From NCBI GenBank assembly GCA_020848835.1, contig JADLHJ010000054.1:97916-161915 (forward strand): DNA of 64,000 nt, read 5' to 3'. How positions within the stretch are numbered: the stretch's first letter is position 1; every line of letters begins with the position of its first letter. The translations under genes were made by a program, and so were the position numbers. Positions 1 through 8,331 of the stretch are shown here, piece after piece. This DNA is from Candidatus Hydrogenedentota bacterium. GTDB lineage: Bacteria > Hydrogenedentota > Hydrogenedentia > Hydrogenedentales > SLHB01. The notes under the pieces were generated by a model. That model was not told where the DNA came from, ran no database searches, and saw only the letters and a program-made list of their open reading frames with translations.

Positions 1-11
1 TTCATGGCTAG

Positions 12-101
12 CATGTCAAAGAGATTCAGCGGGCGATGCAGCGCAAGTTTAGCGCGGAAATCAAGATTCGCATCGTTCTGCAATGAGGGTGAGAAACTGA
101 A
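12..101 (+). pseudogene. IS3-family transposase OrfA N-terminal remnant
   Basis: Frame 12-86 reads HVKEIQRAMQRKFSAEIKIRIVLQ* followed by gagggt/gagaa. This resembles the IS3 OrfA start RRKFSAEEKIRIVLEGLRGE. Stop at 84-86; no OrfB follows. Confidence 0.6.
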
Positions 102-286
102 CGGAGAAGATTTTTCCCGAAACAACTAGTCCGACATTCGAACTCGCCGTGCACAGAACCTGTACACGCATGCTCATTTTCTGTACACATTTCCTAGATA
201 CCATATAACCCCCGGCAAATTGCTAAATCCTCACAAGCTGCACATTGTGCTACATTTATAAATAATATCATAAGTGCGCATAACCT

Positions 287-302
287 TGGCACAGAATTTG
301 CG
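287..302 (+). promoter_or_regulatory. sigma-54 -24/-12 promoter
   Basis: TGGCACAGAATTTGCG matches TGGCAC-N5-TTGC with exact GG-N10-GC spacing, downstream of an AT-rich tract. Confidence 0.65.
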
Positions 303-562
303 ACAGCACGTCCAGTGATTTGATTTTTTGTGCGTATGGGGAAATTTACGTGTCGTGTCGTGGTTCACGCGCTCGCTCCGAATATCGGGCGGGGGAATAG
401 CGTCAGGGTATGCCCGCGAAACGCCGGAAACTCCTATCCTTTGCGGTGTGAAGTAGCATTTATTTGCCAAGCCCGCTCCCCGGAGGGGAGGCCAATATTG
501 TGTGGTTTCTCCTCTGGGAGCGATTGAATTAAACTGCTTCTATGCGAACTGGGGACAGTTTC

Positions 563-811
563 ATGAAGTATGAGGTACTGGTGGCAGACCAAAATTCTGA
601 TGTGCAGCAGATTGTACTGCCAGTATGTCGAATGGGACGATGGTGTGCGAGTGAAATTGAGGCTGCGGAGATGTTGAAGCGACTTCTGGAAAAGGGTTGG
701 AGTGGTTCGATGCGAAGCATCAGCGGCGGCTGGCATGTTGACGTCGTAAGGGAATTACGGGCCGAACATTGCCAAATCCAGCATACTTATAAGCAAGGCG
801 AATCAATCTAA
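563..811 (+). CDS. small hypothetical protein
   Basis: ORF 542..811; the second ATG (563) follows GGGGA; lies downstream of the sigma-54 motif; no family recognised. Confidence 0.3.
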   Translation: MKYEVLVADQNSDVQQIVLPVCRMGRWCASEIEAAEMLKRLLEKGWSGSMRSISGGWHVDVVRELRAEHCQIQHTYKQGESI

Positions 812-1208
812 TCTGTTGCCTCCTTGACGGGTATACTGCACTCCGAGCGGATGCCTGTGGGTCTTAATCATTCCTCACATGAGGTTACTTATCTCCGTTT
901 TCATTGTCCTGCTGCGACAAGGCGTTAGTAATCACGAACTCGCCTTGTGCTTTCGTCTATATTGGTAACCAAAAATCGCAACTATTCGGCCTGAGGCAGT
1001 TATCTTACAGGCCTCTTGGAAGACGGGAATGCAGGTCTAAGATAACGCCTGCTACATCTTGCGATTCCCGGATTTTGTGCCACGAACCACTTTGGACTGT
1101 AATCCTGTATTAGCGGCAAGCTTGTCATTGGTGGAGACACGAGTTGCGTCTGACTAGTTTGTGTATTTACGAACTGTTGTGAACATTAGTACTTTGAGGG
1201 GATAAAGA

Positions 1209-2531
1209 ATGGGGCGTTCTTTTGCAGAGAAGATCGATCGACGTGACATTACAATCGGTGTAATTGGCCTAGGTTATGTTGGTCTACCGTTGGTGCTCGC
1301 ATTCTGTCGGGAAGGTTTTCGTGTATTGGGCTTCGATATTGATGAGCACAAAACAAAACAGCTCGCAGCCGGCAAGTCGTACATTAAACACATTTGCTCC
1401 GATGAAATCTGCGAGATAAACAGGCTCGGCAGATTCGAAGCCACGACCGACTATTTACGCATGTCGGAGGCGGACGCACTACTAATCTGCGTGCCAACTC
1501 CACTGACACCCCAGCGCGAACCAGACCTGTCTTTTGTAATCGCCACAGCTGAAGCGATACGTGCAGGGTTACGCAAAGAGCAGTTAGTAATACTTGAGTC
1601 GACAACATATCCAGGTACAACACGAGAGGTACTCTTGCCAGTACTCGAATCGTCTGGACTTAAAGAAGGCGAGGATTTCTTCGTGGCGTATTCGCCCGAA
1701 CGCGAGGATCCGGGTAACAAGCAGTTCTCGACGACGGGCATCCCAAAAATCGTCGGCGGTTGTTCGGCGGAATCACGGATTCGTGCCGCACACCTGTATG
1801 CGCAGATCGTTCCGAGGGTCGTCGAAGTAACTTCCGCCGACACAGCGGAAGCGGTAAAACTGACGGAAAACATTTTTCGAGCGGTTAATATTGCGCTCGT
1901 GAACGAACTCAAGGTCGTTTTCCAACGTATGGGAATAGATGTGTGGGAGGTCGTGGACGCTGCGAAGACGAAACCATTCGGCTACATGCCTTTCTATCCA
2001 GGACCAGGACTCGGTGGCCACTGCATACCGATCGATCCGTTTTACCTGACTTGGAAGGCGCGGGAATATGGCTGTTCCACGCGGTTCATCGAGCTGGCCG
2101 GGGAGATCAACGTAGGCATGCCGGACTACGTTATTCGCCGTTTGATGGATGCGTTAAACGAGCGCGGCAAGTCCGTCAAGAACAGCCGCGTTCTCGTAAT
2201 GGGCGTGGCGTATAAGAACGACGTCGATGACTTGCGCGAAAGCCCGTCGCTAGTGCTAATGGAAGAGCTCATCCGTTATGGAGCGCAAGTCAGTTATCAC
2301 GACCCCTACGTCGAGTCGATTAAAGAGACGCGCAGCCACCCTGCCCTGTCCGGCATGCGTTCTGTATCGCTGAACGATGCAACATTGTCAGCATGCGACG
2401 CGGTGCTCATCGCGACAGCCCACTCGGAGATTGACTACGCCATGGTTGTCGAGCATGCAGCATTGGTCGTCGATACGCGAAACGCCGCGGCACGTGCCGG
2501 CGCGCCGCTCACCAAGGTCGTCAAGGCGTAA
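1209..2531 (+). CDS. nucleotide-sugar dehydrogenase (UDP-GlcNAc/ManNAc 6-dehydrogenase, WbpA/WecC/TviB family)
   Basis: Rossmann GLGYVG, LESTTYPGTT, YSPEREDPGN, catalytic GPGLGGHCIPIDP, DDLRESP; GAGGGG RBS. Confidence 0.93.
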   Translation: MGRSFAEKIDRRDITIGVIGLGYVGLPLVLAFCREGFRVLGFDIDEHKTKQLAAGKSYIKHICSDEICEINRLGRFEATTDYLRMSEADALLICVPTPLTPQREPDLSFVIATAEAIRAGLRKEQLVILESTTYPGTTREVLLPVLESSGLKEGEDFFVAYSPEREDPGNKQFSTTGIPKIVGGCSAESRIRAAHLYAQIVPRVVEVTSADTAEAVKLTENIFRAVNIALVNELKVVFQRMGIDVWEVVDAAKTKPFGYMPFYPGPGLGGHCIPIDPFYLTWKAREYGCSTRFIELAGEINVGMPDYVIRRLMDALNERGKSVKNSRVLVMGVAYKNDVDDLRESPSLVLMEELIRYGAQVSYHDPYVESIKETRSHPALSGMRSVSLNDATLSACDAVLIATAHSEIDYAMVVEHAALVVDTRNAAARAGAPLTKVVKA

Positions 2532-2777
2532 CACGCAATTGCCATGCGCCACTACTGCTGCGATTGATTACTCAACCAGGCGAAGTCTAGCACTGGTTGC
2601 CAGTGTGGACCAACAATGGATGAGTAAGACCATGTTAGGGTCGGACTAACCCGTCGAGAAACGAGGTGCACACTGGCGAAATCGGTTGAGGTAAAGCCTG
2701 TTTTTCGCTGATGGATGACCAACTCGATCATCTCGTACAATATTCGCGCTCAGACCGACGCGAAGCGATTATTATGC

Positions 2778-2807
2778 TTGCGTTTTCCTAAGCCCGTCAT
2801 GTAGCAT
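2778..2807 (+). promoter_or_regulatory. putative sigma-70-like promoter of PEP-CTERM gene 1
   Basis: TTGCGT-18-TAGCAT; the -10 lies in a block conserved upstream of gene 2. Confidence 0.3.
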
Positions 2808-2950
2808 CCCGTCTGTGGGTGGTACTTAGGGCGTTGGGCAGGTGCAATCACTCTCTGCGGTTCCGAGTGCCTCACGTAATTGGTACTTGTCTTAAGTGTG
2901 TTGTGCGCCTGACGTAGTGAGTTGCAACACATCCTGACAGTTACGTTCAC

Positions 2951-2976
2951 GTTTGCCGACGGGAGTGGGCGAACTG
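2951..2976 (+). promoter_or_regulatory. conserved 5'-UTR hairpin abutting the RBS (copy 1)
   Basis: GTTTGCC-G-AC-GGGA-GT-G-GGCGAAC-TG; 25/26 identical to 4154..4179. Confidence 0.6.
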
Positions 2977-2988
2977 AGGGAGAGTGCG

Positions 2989-3804
2989 ATGAAGTTGAGT
3001 AGAGTTTGTTGTGTGTTACTTTTTTTGGTGGGCGGTGTCGCTCACGCAACCCCGTTGTACTTCAACGGGTTCGAGGTGGATACGGCGAGTTGGACGGGCG
3101 CGACACGAGTGCCGTCGGGAACCAATGGAGTCACGTCTGCAGACGGGAGCTTCCACGCTGTGACGGGGTCGGGGGCATATACCCTACTTGGAGGATACAA
3201 CTACGGTGCAGGAGGCGGAGTTCCCACGGCTTTTCAAGAGTATTATACGTCCGTTGACATCTTCCTCGATGTAGATGGAGGCTGGGCGAACGACACGCGT
3301 TTTGATGTTGATTCCGCAATAAACAATTCAGCCGGAAACTTCCTGCAGGATTTCATTTTCAATGCGGGTTTCTACAACGATGCGACCGGTCCAGGTGCAG
3401 GCACGAACCGATTTATAATCAGCGCCAGCAATAACAGCTCGCCGGGCAGCGCTTACCCCAAAAATCCCGGCAGGGATCCCATCGCTATCGACACTACCGG
3501 TTGGTACACCTTCGAGCATCATTTCTATGAGAATGGCTCGGGAAACTTAGCGGTTGACATGAGCATTTACGATGCCTCAAACACCCTGATCCATACGTGG
3601 CAACTCGGCAATACAACTGCGATCGCGGGCGTTGGCGGCAACAGATACATGTGGTTCCCGGATCAGGATTTCAGCGCCTTGGCCTTTGATAACAGCACGC
3701 TAACATTGGCTGCCGCTCCGGTTCCCGAACCGGCGACGATCACGGTACTGGGTATGGGACTTGGCGCATTTGCGCTCAGCCGCATGCGGAAGCGTCGCGG
3801 ATAG
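2989..3804 (+). CDS. PEP-CTERM sorting domain protein 1
   Basis: Signal peptide MKLSRVCCVLLFLVGGVAHA-TP; C-terminus APVPEPATITVLGMGLGAFALSRMRKRRG; ATG 2989 after GAGGGAG (track start 2953). Confidence 0.92.
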   Translation: MKLSRVCCVLLFLVGGVAHATPLYFNGFEVDTASWTGATRVPSGTNGVTSADGSFHAVTGSGAYTLLGGYNYGAGGGVPTAFQEYYTSVDIFLDVDGGWANDTRFDVDSAINNSAGNFLQDFIFNAGFYNDATGPGAGTNRFIISASNNSSPGSAYPKNPGRDPIAIDTTGWYTFEHHFYENGSGNLAVDMSIYDASNTLIHTWQLGNTTAIAGVGGNRYMWFPDQDFSALAFDNSTLTLAAAPVPEPATITVLGMGLGAFALSRMRKRRG

Positions 3805-3845
3805 AGGCCCACTCCTCACTCCATACAAATTCTTGACTGCTACAG

Positions 3846-3882
3846 CAGGCCGCCCCGTCCCCGGGGCGGCCTGATTCTATTT
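3846..3882 (+). terminator. intrinsic terminator
   Basis: 12-bp stem CAGGCCGCCCCG/CGGGGCGGCCTG followed by ATTCTATTT. Confidence 0.7.
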
Positions 3883-3973
3883 CAGTGTTTTTCGCCAGGC
3901 CTACCGTCTCTCGTCCTGCTAGACTCGTAATCAGGCCACGCCGGGCGATTACTCACTCGCACATATTTTCCAC

Positions 3974-4002
3974 TTGCACAGTCGATGCCGGTGGTGTAGC
4001 AT
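3974..4002 (+). promoter_or_regulatory. putative sigma-70-like promoter of PEP-CTERM gene 2
   Basis: TTGCAC-17-TAGCAT. Confidence 0.4.
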
Positions 4003-4153
4003 CGAGGGTGCGGGTAATACTTGGAAGAGCACCGCGGGGAAAGGTGCGTCACTGTTGACGGAATCCGAATGATTCGGGTTGCTGGGTAAGTGACTGCTTT
4101 TAATGTGTGCTTGGTGTTTATCGCAAACCATATTCCATGTATTGCTGTGTCAT

Positions 4154-4179
4154 GTTTGCCAACGGGAGTGGGCGAACTG
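4154..4179 (+). promoter_or_regulatory. conserved 5'-UTR hairpin abutting the RBS (copy 2)
   Basis: GTTTGCC-A-AC-GGGA-GT-G-GGCGAAC-TG followed by GAGAGG. Confidence 0.6.
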
Positions 4180-4193
4180 GAGAGGATTGACAC

Positions 4194-4919
4194 ATGAAGA
4201 AATTGGTGTGGGGTCTTGTTGTTGCTTGCCTATTGGCTTCAGGAGGTGTTTCGGCCACTCCGATAACGCCAACCTATGATTCGTTTGGTGCGTTACCGGC
4301 TGCTACGTTCGGCGGCAGCGGTATTCCGAATGACGCGGTTGCGATTTCCACTTGGACCGATGGGACGGTCACGATCACCCTTGGACTAACCGCGACGGAG
4401 CGGTATGCCAATCCGCCCGTTACCGACGACGGTGCAGGCACCTACACCGCGCTTGCCGGTTCGGACGGCGGGAACGCGATGTGGAATTTTGACTACTATA
4501 TTGACATCGTAGGTGGGCAGTTCGACGACTTTCAGTTCGAACTTCTGTACGATTTCGACCCCGCAGCCGGTGCTGATTCTGCGGATCTTGGCGTGCTGGA
4601 TTTCAACGCCGCAATCGTCGCGGCGTTTGGCGCCGGCGCACTGAGCGCTGTGTCAAACCTCCAAGGTTCCGAAAACCTTGCTTTCGGGTACCTCGACACT
4701 CCGTCTGCGTTCATTAATGACCCTACCTACGGACCCTTTTCTCCCACTGCGTATGGTGAGTACAGCTTTGCATTGAACGTCTACGACGGCGCGACGCTGC
4801 TTGACACGGTGGCGATCAATGTGAACACCGTCCCCGTTCCTGAGCCAGCGACAATGACAATGCTGGGCATGGGACTCGGCGCGTTCGCGCTTACTCGCAT
4901 GCGGAAGCGTCGCGGATAA
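4194..4919 (+). CDS. PEP-CTERM sorting domain protein 2
   Basis: Signal peptide ending GGVSA-TP; C-terminus PVPEPATMTMLGMGLGAFALTRMRKRRG. Confidence 0.93.
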   Translation: MKKLVWGLVVACLLASGGVSATPITPTYDSFGALPAATFGGSGIPNDAVAISTWTDGTVTITLGLTATERYANPPVTDDGAGTYTALAGSDGGNAMWNFDYYIDIVGGQFDDFQFELLYDFDPAAGADSADLGVLDFNAAIVAAFGAGALSAVSNLQGSENLAFGYLDTPSAFINDPTYGPFSPTAYGEYSFALNVYDGATLLDTVAINVNTVPVPEPATMTMLGMGLGAFALTRMRKRRG

Positions 4920-4958
4920 CGAAGCACTTCCTGCGCCATACAATTTTGTGACCGCTTC

Positions 4959-4997
4959 ATCAGGCCGCCCCGCTTTCTGGGGCGGCCTGATTCTTTC
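4959..4997 (+). terminator. intrinsic terminator (paralogous to 3846)
   Basis: ATCAGGCCGCCCC/GGGGCGGCCTGAT stem followed by TCTTTC. Confidence 0.7.
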
Positions 4998-5366
4998 ACG
5001 CTATTTTTGGGGGGGGAGCAGACCATTCTTCCACCCTTGCGAGACACGTGAGGCGCTTTAGCTGCGTCGAACCTGCCGTGACCCCGATGCCAAGCCGTTA
5101 GCCGTTACCTGCCGCCACGTGGGGAATTTCGCTTCCCACTGCACGTCTGAAAGGCCGTATCATTTTTATATAATCTAATTATACATTTAACTATATAAGA
5201 TGAAAAATACACATCCCCCAGAGGTGCCCAAGATCTTGTCAATTCATTATCAACGATGACTATATTTGTGACCCGCTCAGCAATTTATATTAAACACGTG
5301 AAAATCCGCATGTTTAAAAACCCCTCAAATCCTGCTTTTTGATTGCAGGCTTTTATATAAAAACCG

Positions 5367-5382
5367 CGGCACGAGTTTTGCT
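5367..5382 (+). promoter_or_regulatory. sigma-54 -24/-12 promoter of PEP-CTERM gene 3
   Basis: CGGCACGAGTTTTGCT, near-consensus, 75 nt before ATG 5457, AT-rich upstream. Confidence 0.75.
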
Positions 5383-5456
5383 TCGCACAATTACTATCGG
5401 AACAGGTGCGCTGTGGTTACTTGGCTTTGGGGACATCCATCAGAAGGGGTTTTATT

Positions 5457-6212
5457 ATGTGTAATTCTCGAAAAACGAAGGTTCTTTCGCGCGTGGCAAA
5501 ATCGCCCGTGCAAACCCTGCTAAGCGTGTTTATTATCGCCACGTTTGTTGGATCCGGGTTTGCCTGTGCAACATCGATCAGCTACACCGTGGGGGGATGG
5601 TCTCAGCAGTTCCCAGGTCCAGTAACGCCACCGGCAAACGCTCCTTGGGGTCCCAACGGATATCCGGGTGACACGGTTGAATTCCAGACCTATACGGGTA
5701 TGCTCGATCTGTCAAACCCAGCCACTCAGATTCTCCAAATCAACGAATTGCTCTGGACGATAGATTACACGTATGCTGGAACTGCGACCGACCCGAACGC
5801 CTGGAGCGACTTGCAGTTCAATTTCAATGCGTTGCGCAATATATCTTTTGGCGGCGTACCCGCGGGCATGATCGGCCAAGCCGGCCAGCTTGACGTTACG
5901 TGGGAAAACGACTATCTATCTCTAGCCAACGGTGGCGCATTCGTGTTTACGAATGTAGACGGTGGTGATGGCTTCCTTTACGAAATCACAGTGGCACCGT
6001 TGGGCCTTGACGAAGTCGGTGGCAGCAATTTTAACGGATCGAACCCGTGGAGCCAGCCTAGCCGCGATGTAATGGCCGAGTTTACCGTGGTTAATCTCGG
6101 TCCGGCTCCCGCGCCGGTCCCCGAGCCTGCAACCGTTACGATGATGGGACTTGGTCTAGCGTCACTCGCTGCAGCCAGGAAAGTCCGTTCCAAGTTTGCA
6201 GGCAAAAAGTAA
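5457..6212 (+). CDS. PEP-CTERM sorting domain protein 3
   Basis: N-terminal hydrophobic signal; C-terminus APAPVPEPATVTMMGLGLASLAAARKVRSKFAGKK; ATG 5457 after AGAAGGGG (track start 5406). Confidence 0.9.
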   Translation: MCNSRKTKVLSRVAKSPVQTLLSVFIIATFVGSGFACATSISYTVGGWSQQFPGPVTPPANAPWGPNGYPGDTVEFQTYTGMLDLSNPATQILQINELLWTIDYTYAGTATDPNAWSDLQFNFNALRNISFGGVPAGMIGQAGQLDVTWENDYLSLANGGAFVFTNVDGGDGFLYEITVAPLGLDEVGGSNFNGSNPWSQPSRDVMAEFTVVNLGPAPAPVPEPATVTMMGLGLASLAAARKVRSKFAGKK

Positions 6213-6228
6213 CCGATTCTCTCTCTTT

Positions 6229-6270
6229 GAGCCTGTCATCTCCCCGGGAGATGGCAGGCTCCGTTTTTTT
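6229..6270 (+). terminator. intrinsic terminator
   Basis: GAGCCTGTCATCTCC/GGAGATGGCAGGCTC stem followed by a T7 tract. Confidence 0.8.
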
Positions 6271-6815
6271 CTCCGATACGCGTCGGTATAGTCGGCAGTA
6301 ACGAACAATTTAGTTGGCCAGCGCACCAAGCCAGTTTGACAACGGATTCTATTCTTTGCGACGTTGATCGAGGGCAACCCCTACGGTGGGTCTATTACTG
6401 GTGGGCAACATGGTCAAAGCGTGCAGCGCAACTTGAAGCATACTGGAAAGTATCCGGACGACGTGCTCGTTTAGGGGCCCTTTCGATACGAGTTCAACGC
6501 GCTGAAGTTGCACCCACTTATCCGCGTTATCGGCTTGACCATCATCGGGATGACGCAGTACGCACGTTGGGCCGCTACACGGGGCGGATGCGAGTGAGAA
6601 GTAATTCGGTGTGCGCGCTCACTTTCGCGGGTTCCAGTCCGGGTTTCTCACACGCACACAATGGCCATTACAGAAAGCAAGTGGACGTTGTTGTTTACGA
6701 GATTTCTGAGAGTCGCACATTTGAATAAGGTGCGCGCGAGAGAAATTCTCGGCAGTGAGGATGCAGGCTTTCTCGAGAGCATTTCTCACCGCTTCAAGTT
6801 CCTTTTCACGACCGG

Positions 6816-7277
6816 ATGATCGTGAAGCGGAGAAATGCCGTGGATATGGACGAGGTGAACACACGAATCAAGTGCTTGCGCTTCATGCGGGACATGGGCG
6901 ACGAACTACGAGAAAAGCTGGCCGATCTGTTTCAATCCGTCAGTACGCCGCGCGCAGTGCCCGCCGGGGGCGTTTTCATACGCGAGAATGAGCACATAAA
7001 CGACAAAGGATACATCCTCCTCGATGGTGCGCTGCTCATTCAGAAATATGGTTCTCCCAACGTGCAATGCGAAGCACCGCAGTTGATCGGAGAAGTCATG
7101 CAGTTCAATCCCGCCGGCGTTCGCACGGCTACTTGCGCCGGGGCTGTCCCAAGTCTCATTTTGCGCTTCACGTGGGACCAGTTCTGGTCTCGTGCAACGA
7201 TCGTACTCACTGAGACCGAGTTGTCAAACGTTAAAGATGCGCTGACAGCCCATGCCTTTGAAAATCGTGCTATGTAG
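6816..7277 (+). CDS. stand-alone cyclic-nucleotide-binding (CAP_ED-like) domain protein
   Basis: VPAGGVFIRENE...GYILLDG...IGEVMQFNPAGVRTATC fits the cNMP-binding fold with GE and RTA motifs; no HTH; start may be 6846. Confidence 0.7.
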   Translation: MIVKRRNAVDMDEVNTRIKCLRFMRDMGDELREKLADLFQSVSTPRAVPAGGVFIRENEHINDKGYILLDGALLIQKYGSPNVQCEAPQLIGEVMQFNPAGVRTATCAGAVPSLILRFTWDQFWSRATIVLTETELSNVKDALTAHAFENRAM

Positions 7278-7311
7278 CCTTAAATTCTGAGCGACAAGTC
7301 GCTAAGTACTT

Positions 7312-8103
7312 CTATCTCAGATTGACGTTGGTTGTAGCTATAGGCGAGTTCGCCGGACAGCCCAGCCTTGTAATGACGACAGTTATTATCGCGAGCAGCG
7401 CCACTAGGGCCGCCATTTCCACATTTTCATTGACACCGGAAAACACGCGGGCGACAACGGCGTCGGCGCCGTTTACACAACCGTGCAGCACAGCAAGAAC
7501 CCATAGGTTTCCGCCACTTGCATTGTAGAACCAGGTAAAAATGCATGACAACGCAATGCAGAGCAGGGTGACAAATACAATGTGTTGACCAGTGCTTGGG
7601 ACGAATCGCGCTGGCACATGCCAAACGCCCCAACAAACGCCCACGGCGATGCTGGCCCGAATCGGACCCCAGCGGTGTTGAAGCAGCGGCAACATATATC
7701 CCCGCCATCCAATTTCCTCTCCGAGTCCCCCTTGCAGCACTGGCCAGAAGAACGCAGTGAGAATTGCCAACGGGGCCATATACGCGGGCGTTAGCGGATT
7801 GTTATCCGTGACACGCGTTAGAGCAACCGAGATTGCGTAGACGATGAGCGTCCCGACAATCGCGGCAACGTACCAAATGGGACGCTGGCTCCAGCGTTTC
7901 AGCGGTTCGAGCAGGTGGGCGATGCCGCTCCGGCCCGCAAGAAGACCCGCTGCCACAATTGCCCCTAAGCTCGGCGCGTAGCCGATGAGCCCATAGCCGG
8001 AAAGAAAGGCCGCGTTTGCAAAGAGTACAGTGAGCACACCGGTCGCTACGAGAAACGTCAGGATGGGATATCGCGCCAGAGGGCCAATGATTGCACTGTT
8101 CAT
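7312..8103 (-). CDS. CPBP-family intramembrane metalloprotease (Abi/CAAX)
   Basis: EEIGWRGY, WGVWHVP, LHGCVN motifs; multiple TM helices. Confidence 0.9.
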   Translation of the reverse strand: MNSAIIGPLARYPILTFLVATGVLTVLFANAAFLSGYGLIGYAPSLGAIVAAGLLAGRSGIAHLLEPLKRWSQRPIWYVAAIVGTLIVYAISVALTRVTDNNPLTPAYMAPLAILTAFFWPVLQGGLGEEIGWRGYMLPLLQHRWGPIRASIAVGVCWGVWHVPARFVPSTGQHIVFVTLLCIALSCIFTWFYNASGGNLWVLAVLHGCVNGADAVVARVFSGVNENVEMAALVALLAIITVVITRLGCPANSPIATTNVNLR

Positions 8104-8331
8104 CAGGCTACTCCTGTTTAGCGCGGAACGGGCGCGGGAAACTCGAATTGCCTATCACCGCACGGCTGCGGATCCAGAAAGTAGCCGGCGCTAAACGCGG
8201 CTATGAGCGGCAACTATCCGACGCGGTTGTGGCCTTGCACAAATGGCAGTGGGTCTGGTCCGCCCTGCTGCTTTGAGAATCGTGTTCCGTGGGTAATCCA
8301 CGGAAAGTGGTGTTTGAGGCACGCAACGAGG

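Noticed and set aside
4120-4180. c-di-GMP-I (GEMM) riboswitch suggested by GCAAACC in the gene 2 leader
   Set aside because: The GGGACGCAAAGC and P1 elements are absent, and GCAAACC is not conserved in the gene 1 leader.
6336-6728. 130-aa ORF after PEP-CTERM gene 3
   Set aside because: TTG start, no RBS and no recognisable motif; composition looks like non-coding sequence.
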